From positions 12,327 through 76,326 of the forward strand of contig JBBREP010000007.1 of the NCBI GenBank assembly GCA_038202885.1: a stretch of 64,000 nucleotides of DNA. The letters are read 5' to 3'. Within the stretch, counting starts at the first letter, position 1; each line of letters opens with the position of its first letter. Source of the DNA: Acidimicrobiia bacterium. Its GTDB lineage: Bacteria > Actinomycetota > Acidimicrobiia > IMCC26256 > PALSA-610. The position numbers were made by a program, and so were the translations under genes. This document shows positions 10,017 through 20,628 of the stretch, one piece after another. The notes beneath the pieces are model-generated. The model had not been told where the DNA came from. It saw only the letters and a program-made list of their open reading frames with translations, and did not search any database.

Positions 10017-11241
10017 CTTTGCCTGGTCTGACGACGACCGCGCGTTCGAGGCCGAACTGGTTGCCTTCCTCGACGAGCGACTGCCGCCGTTTCGGGCCGA
10101 GTGGGGCACGCGTGGCGACCAAGCAAGCGTCGCGGCGAGTGCAGCAGTCGGCTCGGCCAATGGCGTGATGGGGGCCATGGCGAAACGCCAGGCCTGGCAG
10201 CGCACCCTGAACGAGGGTCAGTGGGCTGCCATCCTGTGGCCGGCCGAGTGGGGTGGCCGTGACGCCACCGTGAGCCAGCACGTGCTCTATACCCAGACGA
10301 TGGCGCGCTATCGCACGCCGGGTATCTACAACGCAAACGGCATCGTGCAGATTGGGCCGGCCATCCTGCAATGGGGGACCGACGAGCAGCGCGGTCGGTG
10401 GCTGCCACCAATCCTCGACGCGTCGGAGCATTGGTGTCAGTGCTTCAGCGAGCCGCAGGCCGGGTCGGATCTTGCGAACCTGCGCACGGCGGCCATCCGT
10501 GACGGCGACCACTACGTGGTGAGCGGAGAGAAGGTCTGGATCTCGAGCGCGCAGCTCGCGCAGTGGGCGATGTGTTTGTTCCGCACCGATCCCGACGCGA
10601 TCGCCCGCGGCGCCAAGCACGAAGGAATCACGATGTTCTGCGTCGACATGACGACGCCGGGCATCGAGGTCACACCGATCCGCGAGATCACGGGCGACTC
10701 GTTGTTCTGCTCTGTGCGTTTCGACGGCGCGCGGGTCCCGGTGGCGCATCGTCTGGGTGGCGAAGGCGAGGGGTGGCTCGTGTCGATGGGCGCGCTCGGC
10801 AAGGAGCGCGTCGGCAGCGCGGGCCAGGCGATTTCAATGGCGAACGACCTCCGCCAGCTCCTCCAGACCGCGAAGGTGGTCAACCCGCACGCGTTGGACG
10901 ATCCGCAGATTCGCGATCGCGTCGCTCGGCTGCACACGCAGATCGAACTGACCCGGTTATTGCTCGCGCGGGCGTTGTCGAAAGTGTTGCAGGGCGACAA
11001 GGGTTGGCCCGAAGTGCCGCTGTCGAAGCTGCAATGGGGCTCGATCTCGCTGTGGCTCGCCGAGCTCGCGCTCGACGTGCTCGGGCCCACCGGCGTGCTG
11101 TTGAAAGGCGCGGAGGGCGCCGTCGACGGTGGGCTTTGGGCCCGCAACTACGTGTGGCAGCGCTACACGACGATTGGTGCCGGCCCCACCGAAGTGCAGA
11201 AGAACATCCTCGCCGATCGCGCCCTGCGCCTCGAACGCTGA
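10012..11241 (+). CDS. Acyl-CoA dehydrogenase, partner subunit
   Basis: GTG start VDFAWS; WCQCFSEPQAGSDLA, KHEGIT.F, TIGAGPTEVQKNI. Confidence 0.9.
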   Translation: MDFAWSDDDRAFEAELVAFLDERLPPFRAEWGTRGDQASVAASAAVGSANGVMGAMAKRQAWQRTLNEGQWAAILWPAEWGGRDATVSQHVLYTQTMARYRTPGIYNANGIVQIGPAILQWGTDEQRGRWLPPILDASEHWCQCFSEPQAGSDLANLRTAAIRDGDHYVVSGEKVWISSAQLAQWAMCLFRTDPDAIARGAKHEGITMFCVDMTTPGIEVTPIREITGDSLFCSVRFDGARVPVAHRLGGEGEGWLVSMGALGKERVGSAGQAISMANDLRQLLQTAKVVNPHALDDPQIRDRVARLHTQIELTRLLLARALSKVLQGDKGWPEVPLSKLQWGSISLWLAELALDVLGPTGVLLKGAEGAVDGGLWARNYVWQRYTTIGAGPTEVQKNILADRALRLER

Positions 11242-11264
11242 AGTCTGCGAACCTGGCGCCACGG

Positions 11265-14003
11265 TCACCTCGAGATGAGCGGTATCGATGTCGGATGCCA
11301 CGGAGCGTCCGATCGGTGAGCGACAAGCGCTGCCGACATCGCTGTGGCGTCGATCGGTCGAGCAAAGAAGTATCCCTGAAGAGCGTCACAGCCCAGTTGA
11401 TCAAGGATCACGCATTGCTCTTCGCTTTCGACGCCCTCCGCGACCGTCGTGAGCCCGAGCGTCTTCGTCAGCTCGATGATGCTGCGGACCATCGCGATGC
11501 CGTCGGGTCCGTCGCAGACGTGATCGACGAACGATTTGTCGATCTTGACGATGTCGGCCGGAAGGGTAGCGAGGTAGCTCAGCGACGAGTACCCGGTGCC
11601 GAAGTCGTCGATGGCGATTCGGATGCCCTGCTGCTTGAAAGCGTTGAGTCGTTCGATGGCCTCGTCGCGGTTCTCCATGACGGCACTTTCGGTCACCTCC
11701 AAGACGAGGGCGTGCGGTTCGAGTCCGGACTGGGCGAGCGCGTGGGCGACATCGTTCATGACGTTGGGGTCGTTGAGTTGGCGCGCCGAGAGGTTGACGC
11801 TGATGTAGAAGCGATCGTCGACGACACCGATCGTGCGCCACGACTGCACCCGCCGACACGCGTCGACGAGAACCTGACGACCGAGCGCGACGATCAGGCC
11901 GGTCGATTCCGCCGCAGGGATGAACTCGTTCGGCGCGATGCGTCCGCGGATCGGATGCTGCCAGCGCACGAGCGCCTCAGCTCCGGCGATGGCACGCGTG
12001 TGCGGATGGATCGTTGGCTGGTAGAAGACCTCGAATTCGTGTTCCTCGATACCGCGGCGCAGGTCGGCAGCCAGGCGCAGGCGATTCATGGCTTCGTCGT
12101 GCATCACCGGTCGGTAGATCTCGAATCGCCCCTTGCCATTGTGTTTGGCCATAAACATCGCGAGGTCCGCATCACGTAGCAGATCCTCGGGACTGTCGTC
12201 GACAGCGTGGCCGACCGCGATACCGATACTGGCACGGACCAACAACTCTGCGTCGCCGACCTGGAACGGCGCGTCGAAGTCGGCAACGATGCGCCGCGCG
12301 ACGGATTCGGCCAAACCTGGCATCTCTCCCGCTTCGAGCAGGAGCGCGAACTCGTCGCCGCCGAAGCGGGCAAGGGTGTCGCCGGGGCGGGTTGCGCGAC
12401 GGAGTCGTTCGGCGACCGCGTTGAGTAGCAGATCGCCGGTGGGGCGGCCGAGACTGTCGTTGACCGTCTTGAAGTCGTCGAGGTCCAAGAACAACACCGC
12501 GATCTCTCTGACGTCTCGATCGTGACGCCGCAGCGCGTTCTGGACTCGGTCGAGGAACAACGTGCGATTCGCCAAGCCGGTGAGGTCGTCGTAATACGCC
12601 TGCTGATGTACGCGTGCTTCGAGCGCTCGTCGTTCCGTCACGTCACGCAGGTTCGCGACGATCGCGCCGACATCGGGATCGTCGAGCCGGTTCGTGACGA
12701 TCGCCTCGACGACCCGCCAGCTTCCGTCGAGGTGCCGGATGCGCGACTCGATCGTGGCCGAGGCGCCCAGACCCGCCGCAACGACCTGGTCGTACGCCGC
12801 AACGACGGCGTTGGCGCCGTCGGGGTCAATCATCGTATCGAAGGTGTGACCTACGAGTTCGGTAGAACCGGCGCCGAAAATGGCTTGCGCCGCGGGGCTC
12901 GCGTATTGCAGCACGTGATCGAGCGATACCAGCACGACGCCGTCCGACGACTTCTGGATCAAGGACCGAAACATGTGGTCGTCGCGCGCCCGGTCGCGGC
13001 GAGCATCCATGAGTGCTCGTGCCACTATCCGCATCCGCGTCAGCACGAGGAGAAACTCCAGTGCGGCCGTTGCCGCCAAGAGTGCGACCTCGACGTTCAC
13101 ACCGCGTCGATCTTGCACGATCAACACCACCGGAGCCGCCAGCGCGGCGATCGTGAGGGGCACGATCATCGCGCCGTCGCGTCTCGGTGCTTCCGTGGAA
13201 GTGACCGTGATGACCGACATCGATGGGTGGAGCGCGGCGGCGCCCCACAGCGCGTACGACGCAATCCAGCCGAAGTCCACGAGGCTTCCGCCCGAATACG
13301 ACCCGTGTGCGACAAGCACGACGTAGATCGCGTCGGCGGCCAGCATGGTGGTCACACTTGCTACGAGCAAGACGAAGGCCACGTTCGACGTTCGACGATT
13401 CGTGACCAGGTGCAAGAGCACCGCGAGTATGACGAGATCGAGCGCCGGATAGGCAATAGCAATCGTCTTGTCGGCCACCGTGAGTGTCTGATCGCGAGCA
13501 TACGGAGCCATGACGAATACCCACGCCAAGACTCCGACGCCGAGCGCGATGATCGCACCGTCGATCGCGCCGATTAGGTGTTCACCGCGCACGTGAGTTC
13601 GAATCAGTGCGACCATCCCCGCGGCCAGAATCGGGTACGCCGCGAGGTACAACACGTCCGGGCCATGACTGGCGACGAGATCGCGGCCGAACACCGATGG
13701 GGCGTCGAAGGCGACGTCGGCGAAGGCGAACAACGCCAGACCGACCGCGAACAGCGACCAGGGTCGGCGGTGTTCGCATCGATGGATACGAACACCGATC
13801 AAGATCGCCGCGACCGATGAAAATCCAAACGACCAGTACACGACGCTCTGCAGTGTGCCTTGCGGTAGGAAGTAGTACACCGTCGCGCCGACGACCGCCA
13901 GAGTCAGGTAGAGCCACCAGGCGGCCTTTGACCAATGCACAGTGTTGCCGTCAGAATTGTGGTCGACTGCGATTCCACGCTCGACGAACGCGGCGGCGTT
14001 CAC
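11265..14003 (-). CDS. Multi-TM PAS-GGDEF-EAL protein
   Basis: About 9 TM segments, PAS, RPGD I-site + FGGDEF, AEAL, DDFGTGYSSL; GTGA overlap with the upstream gene. Confidence 0.93.
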   Translation of the reverse strand: MNAAAFVERGIAVDHNSDGNTVHWSKAAWWLYLTLAVVGATVYYFLPQGTLQSVVYWSFGFSSVAAILIGVRIHRCEHRRPWSLFAVGLALFAFADVAFDAPSVFGRDLVASHGPDVLYLAAYPILAAGMVALIRTHVRGEHLIGAIDGAIIALGVGVLAWVFVMAPYARDQTLTVADKTIAIAYPALDLVILAVLLHLVTNRRTSNVAFVLLVASVTTMLAADAIYVVLVAHGSYSGGSLVDFGWIASYALWGAAALHPSMSVITVTSTEAPRRDGAMIVPLTIAALAAPVVLIVQDRRGVNVEVALLAATAALEFLLVLTRMRIVARALMDARRDRARDDHMFRSLIQKSSDGVVLVSLDHVLQYASPAAQAIFGAGSTELVGHTFDTMIDPDGANAVVAAYDQVVAAGLGASATIESRIRHLDGSWRVVEAIVTNRLDDPDVGAIVANLRDVTERRALEARVHQQAYYDDLTGLANRTLFLDRVQNALRRHDRDVREIAVLFLDLDDFKTVNDSLGRPTGDLLLNAVAERLRRATRPGDTLARFGGDEFALLLEAGEMPGLAESVARRIVADFDAPFQVGDAELLVRASIGIAVGHAVDDSPEDLLRDADLAMFMAKHNGKGRFEIYRPVMHDEAMNRLRLAADLRRGIEEHEFEVFYQPTIHPHTRAIAGAEALVRWQHPIRGRIAPNEFIPAAESTGLIVALGRQVLVDACRRVQSWRTIGVVDDRFYISVNLSARQLNDPNVMNDVAHALAQSGLEPHALVLEVTESAVMENRDEAIERLNAFKQQGIRIAIDDFGTGYSSLSYLATLPADIVKIDKSFVDHVCDGPDGIAMVRSIIELTKTLGLTTVAEGVESEEQCVILDQLGCDALQGYFFARPIDATAMSAALVAHRSDAPWHPTSIPLISR

Positions 14004-15772
14004 GAGCGTGGCGCTGGTGCCGGCGCGATCGGCGGTGTGTCGCGCCGGGGATCGCCGTGCGGATCACCGGGTTGTGTGGTGCCCAGGGTCGGCACGTCGG
14101 TCGGAAGTCGGTCAGCGAGGATGACGCGGTTGCGCCCCGCGACCTTGGCCGCGAGCAGCGCTTGATCGGCAGCTGCGAGTGTCTCCGCGAAGGTGCTGTG
14201 TCTGGTCGACGATGTGACGCCGAACGACACAGTGAACGCCGGGACGCCACCGGCGGTGAGCGTGAGCGCGAGGTTCTCGCGTACGCGTTCGAGTACGGCG
14301 ATTGCGACTTCGGTGCTGCAATCGGGGAGCACGATTACGAACTCCTCGCCGCCGTAACGCGCGACCATGTCGCTCGGCCGAACGGAATCTCGCATGATCG
14401 TCGCGAACATTCGAAGCGCCTGATCACCCGCGTCGTGGCCGTACGTGTCGTTCAGAATCTTGAAGTGGTCGAGGTCGCCGTAGGCAAGCGTGTATTGGGT
14501 TGCTTCGTAGTGAAGGTCGCGCACGCGGTCTTCGAGACTCCGCCGGTTTAACAATCCGGTGAGTGGATCACTGTGGGCCTGCATCTCGGACTTCTCGAAG
14601 GCGCGAACCATCGCGACGCGTTCCGACGCTTTCCGTGAGGCGATCTCCAGGTAGCGGATGTCGTCTTCGGTGGGCGGATTGTTGTCGGCTCCCGTGGCGT
14701 GGGTGACTCCCACGGTCTTGCCGGCCACGCTCACCGGAACGCAAACCGCGGAACAGTCGCCCGACGGTCGGTGTTTCAGGTACGGACAGGCGTCGAGCAC
14801 GCGACTGGATGGAAAGACAAGTGTGTGGGCCCGAATGGTCGCGGGACATTCTTGGGGCGATAGCACGCCACACCCGCTGCGCTCGCCGGCTCCGTCCGCT
14901 GTGTGGAACGTGCGACGGAAGTGTGCCCGGCTCGAGTCGGCCACGAGCATCTCCACCTGCAGGTTCGGTACCGCAGCTGGCATCGCTTCGCGCAAGAGGT
15001 CGTACACGTCGGGTTCGGCCGTCGACATGTCCAGCGCCTGTTGCAGCACCGTCTCGAACCTCAGCCGTCGCATTGCCGTGCGCTGCGAGTGTTCTCGTTG
15101 CCGTGCGCGCTGGCCAAATACGACTGTGCCGATCAACACCGCGGTAGCGAACAAGCCATCCAAGACAACGACGACAGTGCCACCGGTGCCGAGATGGTCC
15201 GTCGCCCGCTGGCGATCGGCGGTGGTGACCTGCGTTACCTGTTCGACGGCGTTCGCGGTGAGGCTCCACATCCGCGCGAATGCCGTACGTTCCGCGGCGA
15301 TCAGTCCAAGGATCGATGCCGTCGATGCGCCGGCAAGGAGCGGGGCCAGGTCCGTCACCGTCTTGAAAAACTTTGCGTTCACGAACTCGAGGTTGCTTCC
15401 CACGGCCGAAAGTCCCATCGCACGAAGCGCCTTGGCCAGATCCTGTGCCTGCGACTGCTCGTCGGCGATGTGTTGCGTGCCTTTGGCCAAGTCGACCGGA
15501 TCGATCTTTGGAGCCGTCGCGGACAACAATGCGATTCGCTGTTCGACGAAGAGTTGCCAGTCGGAGAGCGTCGTGCGCAGTTCTCCCACGTAATGGCGCG
15601 CGAGGTCATCGCGGCCCACCTGCTTGAGGGCGCGCTGTCCTGAGACCATCGGACTGATGCTGAAGAACGCCGACACCATCGTCGTCATCAATAAGAGCGC
15701 GCCGAGTGTCAGGATCATTCGCCGAGCCCGCATCAGCCCGGGTTCACGCTCGAAGACCGCGCCGGAATTCAT
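14000..15772 (-). CDS. Membrane diguanylate cyclase (2 TM, GAF-like, GGEEF)
   Basis: DPLTGLLNRR, DLDHFK..ND.YGH, RPSD I-site + RYGGEEF; start uncertain. Confidence 0.9.
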   Translation of the reverse strand: MNSGAVFEREPGLMRARRMILTLGALLLMTTMVSAFFSISPMVSGQRALKQVGRDDLARHYVGELRTTLSDWQLFVEQRIALLSATAPKIDPVDLAKGTQHIADEQSQAQDLAKALRAMGLSAVGSNLEFVNAKFFKTVTDLAPLLAGASTASILGLIAAERTAFARMWSLTANAVEQVTQVTTADRQRATDHLGTGGTVVVVLDGLFATAVLIGTVVFGQRARQREHSQRTAMRRLRFETVLQQALDMSTAEPDVYDLLREAMPAAVPNLQVEMLVADSSRAHFRRTFHTADGAGERSGCGVLSPQECPATIRAHTLVFPSSRVLDACPYLKHRPSGDCSAVCVPVSVAGKTVGVTHATGADNNPPTEDDIRYLEIASRKASERVAMVRAFEKSEMQAHSDPLTGLLNRRSLEDRVRDLHYEATQYTLAYGDLDHFKILNDTYGHDAGDQALRMFATIMRDSVRPSDMVARYGGEEFVIVLPDCSTEVAIAVLERVRENLALTLTAGGVPAFTVSFGVTSSTRHSTFAETLAAADQALLAAKVAGRNRVILADRLPTDVPTLGTTQPGDPHGDPRRDTPPIAPAPAPRS

Positions 15773-15953
15773 CAAGGCAGCAGACGTCGGGCGAGAGCGG
15801 AAAGCGCCGTCGGTGCAGTGGTGGCCGGCCGCGTCACGACCGCGATTCGCGCCGCGTGCGGGTGTCGCGGTGCCAACATGGCCATGAGTCCTCGTGGTGG
15901 CGTGCATCGAGCGACGCTCGGTCACGCGCACCTCTATGAGTCGGACTCCATCG

Positions 15954-15981
15954 TCATCGGCCACCACGCCGCCGTGGTGAA
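15954..15981 (-). promoter_or_regulatory. Candidate sigma-28 (FliA/WhiG)-type promoter
   Basis: TTCA-N16-GCCGATGA upstream of the GGDEF operon. Confidence 0.5.
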
Positions 15982-16005
15982 GGGCCTTTTGTGCCCGGGA
16001 CCAGG

Positions 16006-17349
16006 TCAGCCCCGGGTATAGGCGTCGGCGACGACGAGGGCGTCGTCGAGCATCGCAATGCCCTGCTTGGCTTCCTCAGGGCTGATCACGAGCGGCGGCA
16101 CCACGTGGAGGCGGTTGAAGTGTGTGAACGGCCAGAGCCCGGCGGCCTTGCACGCGGCGGCGAGCTCTACCATCGGGGCCGTATCGGCGCCTGTGGCATT
16201 GAACGGCACGAGCATCTCGCGTGTGGCGCGATCCCGGACGAGCTCGATGGCCCAGAAACACCCGAGCCCGCGCACTTCACCCACGCTCGGGTGCCGCTCG
16301 GCGAGCGCGCGCAGGCCAGGCCCGAACACCTCGTCGCCGAGGTGGCGCGACCGTTCGAGGATGCCCTCGTCTTCGAACACGTTGATGCTCGCGACGGCCG
16401 ACGCGCACGCGAGCGGATGGCCGCTGTAGGTGAGACCGCCGGGATAAGGCCGCTTCGCGAACGTCGCGGCGATCCGGCGCGAGATCACGACGCCGCCCAA
16501 CGGTACGTAGCCGCTGTTGATGCCTTTGGCGAACGCGATGAGGTCGGGGGTGACGTCCCAGTGCTGCACCGCGAACCACTCGCCGCACCGGCCGAAACCA
16601 GCCATCACTTCGTCGCAGATCATCACGATGCCGTGGCGGTCGCACAGATCGCGCACGCCCTGGAGGTAGCCGTCGGGAGGTACGAGAATGCCGTTGGTGC
16701 CCACAACCGTCTCGATCATGATCGCGGCGATCGTGGTCGGGCCCTCCATCATGATCGTGAGGTCGAGATGTTCGAGCGCCCGCCCGCACTCTTCGGCCTC
16801 GGTGCTGGCGTGGAAGGCCGACCGGTACAGATACGGGCCGTGGAAGTGCACGACGCCAGGCATGCCAGGCTCGCTCGGCCAGCGCCGCGGGTCGCCGGTG
16901 AACGTGATCGCCGCGCCGGTAGAGCCGTGGTAGCTGCGGTACATCGTGAGGATCTTCTGGCGGCCGGTGTGCAGGCGGGCCATGCGCGCCGCGTTCTCGG
17001 TGGCCTCGGCGCCGCCGTTCGTGAAGAACACCATGTCGAGATCGCCGGGCGCGCGTTCGGCGATGAGACGCGCGGCCTCGCCGCGCACGTCGTTCGCGAA
17101 TCCGGGCGCGACGGTGCAGAGCTTGGCGGCCTGCTCTTGAATCGCCGCAACGACCTTGGGGTGTTGATGGCCGAGGTTGAGGTTGATGAGCTGGCTCGAA
17201 AAGTCGAGGTAACGCCGGCCTTCTTCGTCCCAGAACCAACAACCTTCGCCGCCCACAATCGGCAACGGATCGATCAGTGCCTGCGCGCTCCAAGAGTGGA
17301 ACACGTGCCCGCGGTCATTGGCGCGCGTCTGACTCGTGTGATCGGTCAT
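16006..17349 (-). CDS. Class III aminotransferase (beta-alanine/taurine-pyruvate type)
   Basis: YLDFSSQL, DEVMAGFGR.G, FAKG (PLP Lys), GLTYSGHP. Confidence 0.9.
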   Translation of the reverse strand: MTDHTSQTRANDRGHVFHSWSAQALIDPLPIVGGEGCWFWDEEGRRYLDFSSQLINLNLGHQHPKVVAAIQEQAAKLCTVAPGFANDVRGEAARLIAERAPGDLDMVFFTNGGAEATENAARMARLHTGRQKILTMYRSYHGSTGAAITFTGDPRRWPSEPGMPGVVHFHGPYLYRSAFHASTEAEECGRALEHLDLTIMMEGPTTIAAIMIETVVGTNGILVPPDGYLQGVRDLCDRHGIVMICDEVMAGFGRCGEWFAVQHWDVTPDLIAFAKGINSGYVPLGGVVISRRIAATFAKRPYPGGLTYSGHPLACASAVASINVFEDEGILERSRHLGDEVFGPGLRALAERHPSVGEVRGLGCFWAIELVRDRATREMLVPFNATGADTAPMVELAAACKAAGLWPFTHFNRLHVVPPLVISPEEAKQGIAMLDDALVVADAYTRG

Positions 17350-17367
17350 GGTGATGGGTCTCCGATG

Positions 17368-18915
17368 TCAGCGGTTCTCTGGGAAGTTGAGATCGACGTC
17401 GCTTCGGTGCCCCTCGGGGGATTCGGCCGACTGCCCCTGGGGGCGCGTACCGGAGGCGAGCGGGGGTAGCGGCGCGCCCCACCGGCTCGTGACGACCTTG
17501 CCCCGCGTGTAGAACTGGACGCCTTCGGGTCCGTACATGTGCGTGTCACCAAACAGCGAGGCCTTCCAACCGCCGAAACTGTAGGCAGCTACCGGGACTG
17601 GAATCGCCACGTTCACGCCCACCATGCCGGCGCGCACGTCGAACTGAAATCGGCGCGCGGCGCCGCCGTCGCGCGTGTAGATCGCGGCGCCGTTCCCCCA
17701 CGGGTTGTCGTTGACGATCGCGAGCGCTTCGTCGAAGGAGCCGGCGCGCACCACGCACAACACGGGACCAAAGATCTCGTCGGTGTACACACGCATTGCG
17801 GTCGTGACGTGGTCGAGCAACGACACGCCGAGGAAGAAGCCACCACCATCAACGCGCAACGTGCGGCCGTCGACCACGACGGTCGCGCCTTGCGCCGCGG
17901 CCCCCTCGACGTAGGACGCCACCTTGTCGCGGTGCTCGCATGTGATGAGCGGGCCCATATCTGAATCGGGGTCGGTGCCGGGTCCGATGCGCAACGACGG
18001 GAGCCGTCGCGCGATCTCAGCGACAAGATCGTCCGCAATGTCGCCAACGGCGACGACCACAGACACCGCCATGCAACGCTCACCGGCGGAGCCGTACGCC
18101 GCGCTGATCGCGCCGTCGGCCGCCAGCGCGAGGTCGGCGTCGGGCATCACGACCATGTGGTTCTTGGCACCGCCGAGGGCCTGCACCCTCTTGCCGCGCG
18201 CCGTGCCCGTCTCGTACACGTACTGCGCGATGGGCGTGGAGCCGACGAAGCTCACGGCCTGGATCGTGGGGTGCTCCAGGATGCGGTCGACAGCCACCTT
18301 GTCGCCGTGCACCACGTTGCACACGCCGGCGGGAACGCCAGCCTCGTGCAGAACCTCGGCGAGGAACAACGCCGCGCTCGGATCCTTCTCGGAGGGCTTG
18401 AGGATGAACGTGTTGCCACACGCGATGGCGTTCGCCACCATCCACAGCGGCACCATCGCCGGGAAATTGAACGGCGTGATGCCGGCGACCACTCCAAGTG
18501 GCTGGCGGATGGAGTACACGTCGACGCCCGTGGCGACCTGCTCGCTGAAGCCGCCCTTCAGCAGTTGTGGCACACCGCACGCGAACTCGACATTCTCGAT
18601 CCCGCGCGCGATCTCGCCGAGTGCGTCGGAGGTGACCTTGCCATGCTCCGCGGTGATGATCGCGGCGAGTTCCTTGCGGCGCGCATCGAGCAACGCGCGC
18701 GCGCGGAACAGCACCTCGGCGCGGCGCGACAACGACGTAGCGCGCCATGCTCCGAAGGCCTCGGCCGCGCGATCGACGGCCGCGTCGACCTCGGCCACCG
18801 AAGCGAGGTCGACGGCGCCAGTCTGCTCGCCGGTCGCGGGGTCGAACACCGGGCTTGAGCGCCCCGATTCGCCGACGACCGAACGCCCCCCGATCCAATG
18901 GCTGATCCGTTGCAT
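17368..18915 (-). CDS. mmsA: CoA-acylating (methyl)malonate-semialdehyde dehydrogenase
   Basis: ITPFNFPAM, FVGST, GGAKNH, AGERCMA, EIFGP. Confidence 0.93.
   Translation of the reverse strand: MQRISHWIGGRSVVGESGRSSPVFDPATGEQTGAVDLASVAEVDAAVDRAAEAFGAWRATSLSRRAEVLFRARALLDARRKELAAIITAEHGKVTSDALGEIARGIENVEFACGVPQLLKGGFSEQVATGVDVYSIRQPLGVVAGITPFNFPAMVPLWMVANAIACGNTFILKPSEKDPSAALFLAEVLHEAGVPAGVCNVVHGDKVAVDRILEHPTIQAVSFVGSTPIAQYVYETGTARGKRVQALGGAKNHMVVMPDADLALAADGAISAAYGSAGERCMAVSVVVAVGDIADDLVAEIARRLPSLRIGPGTDPDSDMGPLITCEHRDKVASYVEGAAAQGATVVVDGRTLRVDGGGFFLGVSLLDHVTTAMRVYTDEIFGPVLCVVRAGSFDEALAIVNDNPWGNGAAIYTRDGGAARRFQFDVRAGMVGVNVAIPVPVAAYSFGGWKASLFGDTHMYGPEGVQFYTRGKVVTSRWGAPLPPLASGTRPQGQSAESPEGHRSDVDLNFPENR
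17433..17474 (+). repeat. Dispersed 42-bp repeat, copy A (inside the mmsA 3' end, antisense)
   Basis: GCCCCTGGGGGCGCGTACCGGAGGCGAGCGGGGGTAGCGGCG; 36/42 identical to copy B without gaps. Confidence 0.8.
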
Positions 18916-18972
18916 CGGCCCAGGTTAGACACCGAGGTCCGATCGACCACCAGCGTTCATTAGCGTGCGCCG

Positions 18973-19974
18973 GTGGACAATGCGCTCTCACCGTTTCTGG
19001 AGCTGTCGCGCGCCGAATGGGCGCGATTGCGTGCGAATACGCCGCTGACGCTCGATGAGGAGGAGCTCGTTGCGCTCCGTGGGGTCAACGAGTTCGTCGC
19101 GCTTGACGAGGTGCGCGACGTCTATCTCCCGCTGTCGCGACTGCTGAATCTGCGCGTGGCCGCCACCCAGCATCTTCACGAGGTCACGAGTGGGTTCCTC
19201 GGCGTGCTCACGCCGCGGGTGCCGTTCGTGATCGCCGTCGCCGGCAGTGTGGCGGTGGGCAAGAGCACGATCTCGCGCATTCTCCAGGCGCTCCTCGCTC
19301 GCTGGCCCGGCCATCCCAGTGTCGATCTGGTCACCACCGATGGGTTCCTGTATCCCAACGCCGAGCTCGAGCGCCGCGGACTGTTGACCCGCAAGGGCTT
19401 CCCAGAGAGCTACGACGTGCGCCGGCTGCGCGGCATGCTTGCCGACTTGAAGTCGGGCGCCGAGCGGGTTGAGGTGCCGCTGTATTCGCACATCACCTAC
19501 GACGTCGTGGCCGACGAGGTGATGACCATCTCACGCCCCGACATCGTGATCGTCGAAGGCATCAACGTCTTGCAGGTACCGCCGACAGGTGCGAGCGGGG
19601 GTGGAACCGCGAGCCCCTCGGGGCGCGAGCCGAAGGCGAGCGGGGGTGGAGGCGAGGCCACCGATCACGTGCACGTGTCGGACTACTTCGACTTTTCCAT
19701 CTACGTGGATGCAGTGGAGACCGACGTGGAGCAGTGGTATGTCGACCGCACGTTCGCGTTGCGCGAGGGCGCGTTCCAACAGCCCGATTCGTTCTTCCAC
19801 TTCCTCACGCCGCTCGGCGACGACCAGGTACGCGAGTTTGCGCACATGATCTGGAACACCATCAACGGCGTGAACCTGCGTGAAAACATCGCGCCCACGC
19901 GTTCGCGCGCCCATCTCATCTTGGAAAAGGGCCCGGACCACTCAGTACGCAGCGTCCGGCTCCGCAAACTCTGA
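18973..19974 (+). CDS. coaA: Type I pantothenate kinase
   Basis: [31 protein letters not shown]; Gly-rich insertion. Confidence 0.95.
   Translation: MDNALSPFLELSRAEWARLRANTPLTLDEEELVALRGVNEFVALDEVRDVYLPLSRLLNLRVAATQHLHEVTSGFLGVLTPRVPFVIAVAGSVAVGKSTISRILQALLARWPGHPSVDLVTTDGFLYPNAELERRGLLTRKGFPESYDVRRLRGMLADLKSGAERVEVPLYSHITYDVVADEVMTISRPDIVIVEGINVLQVPPTGASGGGTASPSGREPKASGGGGEATDHVHVSDYFDFSIYVDAVETDVEQWYVDRTFALREGAFQQPDSFFHFLTPLGDDQVREFAHMIWNTINGVNLRENIAPTRSRAHLILEKGPDHSVRSVRLRKL
19591..19654 (+). repeat. Dispersed repeat, copy B (in frame inside coaA) with 15-bp direct repeat
   Basis: GCCCCTCGGGGCGCGAGCCGAAGGCGAGCGGGGGTGGAGGCG at 19613-19654; GCGAGCGGGGGTGGA at 19591 and 19636 (period 45). 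Confidence 0.8.
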
Positions 19975-19993
19975 GTGTCCGCCGGCCGCTCGC

Positions 19994-20626
19994 TCAGGCC
20001 TGGGCGGTGCCCGCGTCGTCGCCGCGGATGCCTCGCAGGCCGAACCAGGCCAGCTCGGCGAGCCAGTGAGCGAGGCGCTCGGGGTCGGGATGCTCGTCGT
20101 GGTCGTCGCCCGCGATCGATCGCCTGCTGGTGGCCTCGGCGATGCCGACGATGGCGTGCGCGAGCACCGATCGATGATCGGGATCGACGGGTAGGTCGAT
20201 CAGCGTCTCGATGACGCGGGCGCCCTGTTCGAGCACGCGCTCGGCCCGCTCGGCAAACTCGGGGTCGTTGCGCACCGACGCACCGAACAGCAGGCGGAAC
20301 GCTGGCGGGTCGTCGCGCACGAACGCGAAGTAGGCGTTGAAACCGGCCTCGACCCTGGCGCGGCCGCTCATCCCCGGTTCGGCTGCAGCTGCAAGCTTCG
20401 TGAGCAGCCGCGCTCCCACATCGTCGAGCAGCTCGAGAAACAGCGCGCGCTTGTTCTGAAAATGTTGGTAGAGCACCGGCTTGGTGACACCCGCCGCGGC
20501 GGCGACATCATCCATCGACGTGGCGTGAAAGCCTCGTTCGGAGAACACCTCGCCGGCGACGTCGAGGAGTTGGCGGCGCCGTTGCTGGGCGGGCAGTCGC
20601 GTGCTGCGCGACGCGGCTGCGACCAT
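19994..20626 (-). CDS. TetR family regulator
   Basis: GFHATSMDDVAAAAGVTKPVLYQHF HTH. Confidence 0.93.
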   Translation of the reverse strand: MVAAASRSTRLPAQQRRRQLLDVAGEVFSERGFHATSMDDVAAAAGVTKPVLYQHFQNKRALFLELLDDVGARLLTKLAAAAEPGMSGRARVEAGFNAYFAFVRDDPPAFRLLFGASVRNDPEFAERAERVLEQGARVIETLIDLPVDPDHRSVLAHAIVGIAEATSRRSIAGDDHDEHPDPERLAHWLAELAWFGLRGIRGDDAGTAQA

Positions 20627-20628
20627 CC

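Noticed and set aside
9988-10749. Long N-terminal extensions in the ORF track (also 6982, 8313, 27980, 30577, 48427, 57103)
   Set aside because: They overlap real genes; homology and promoter or coupling signals point to downstream starts
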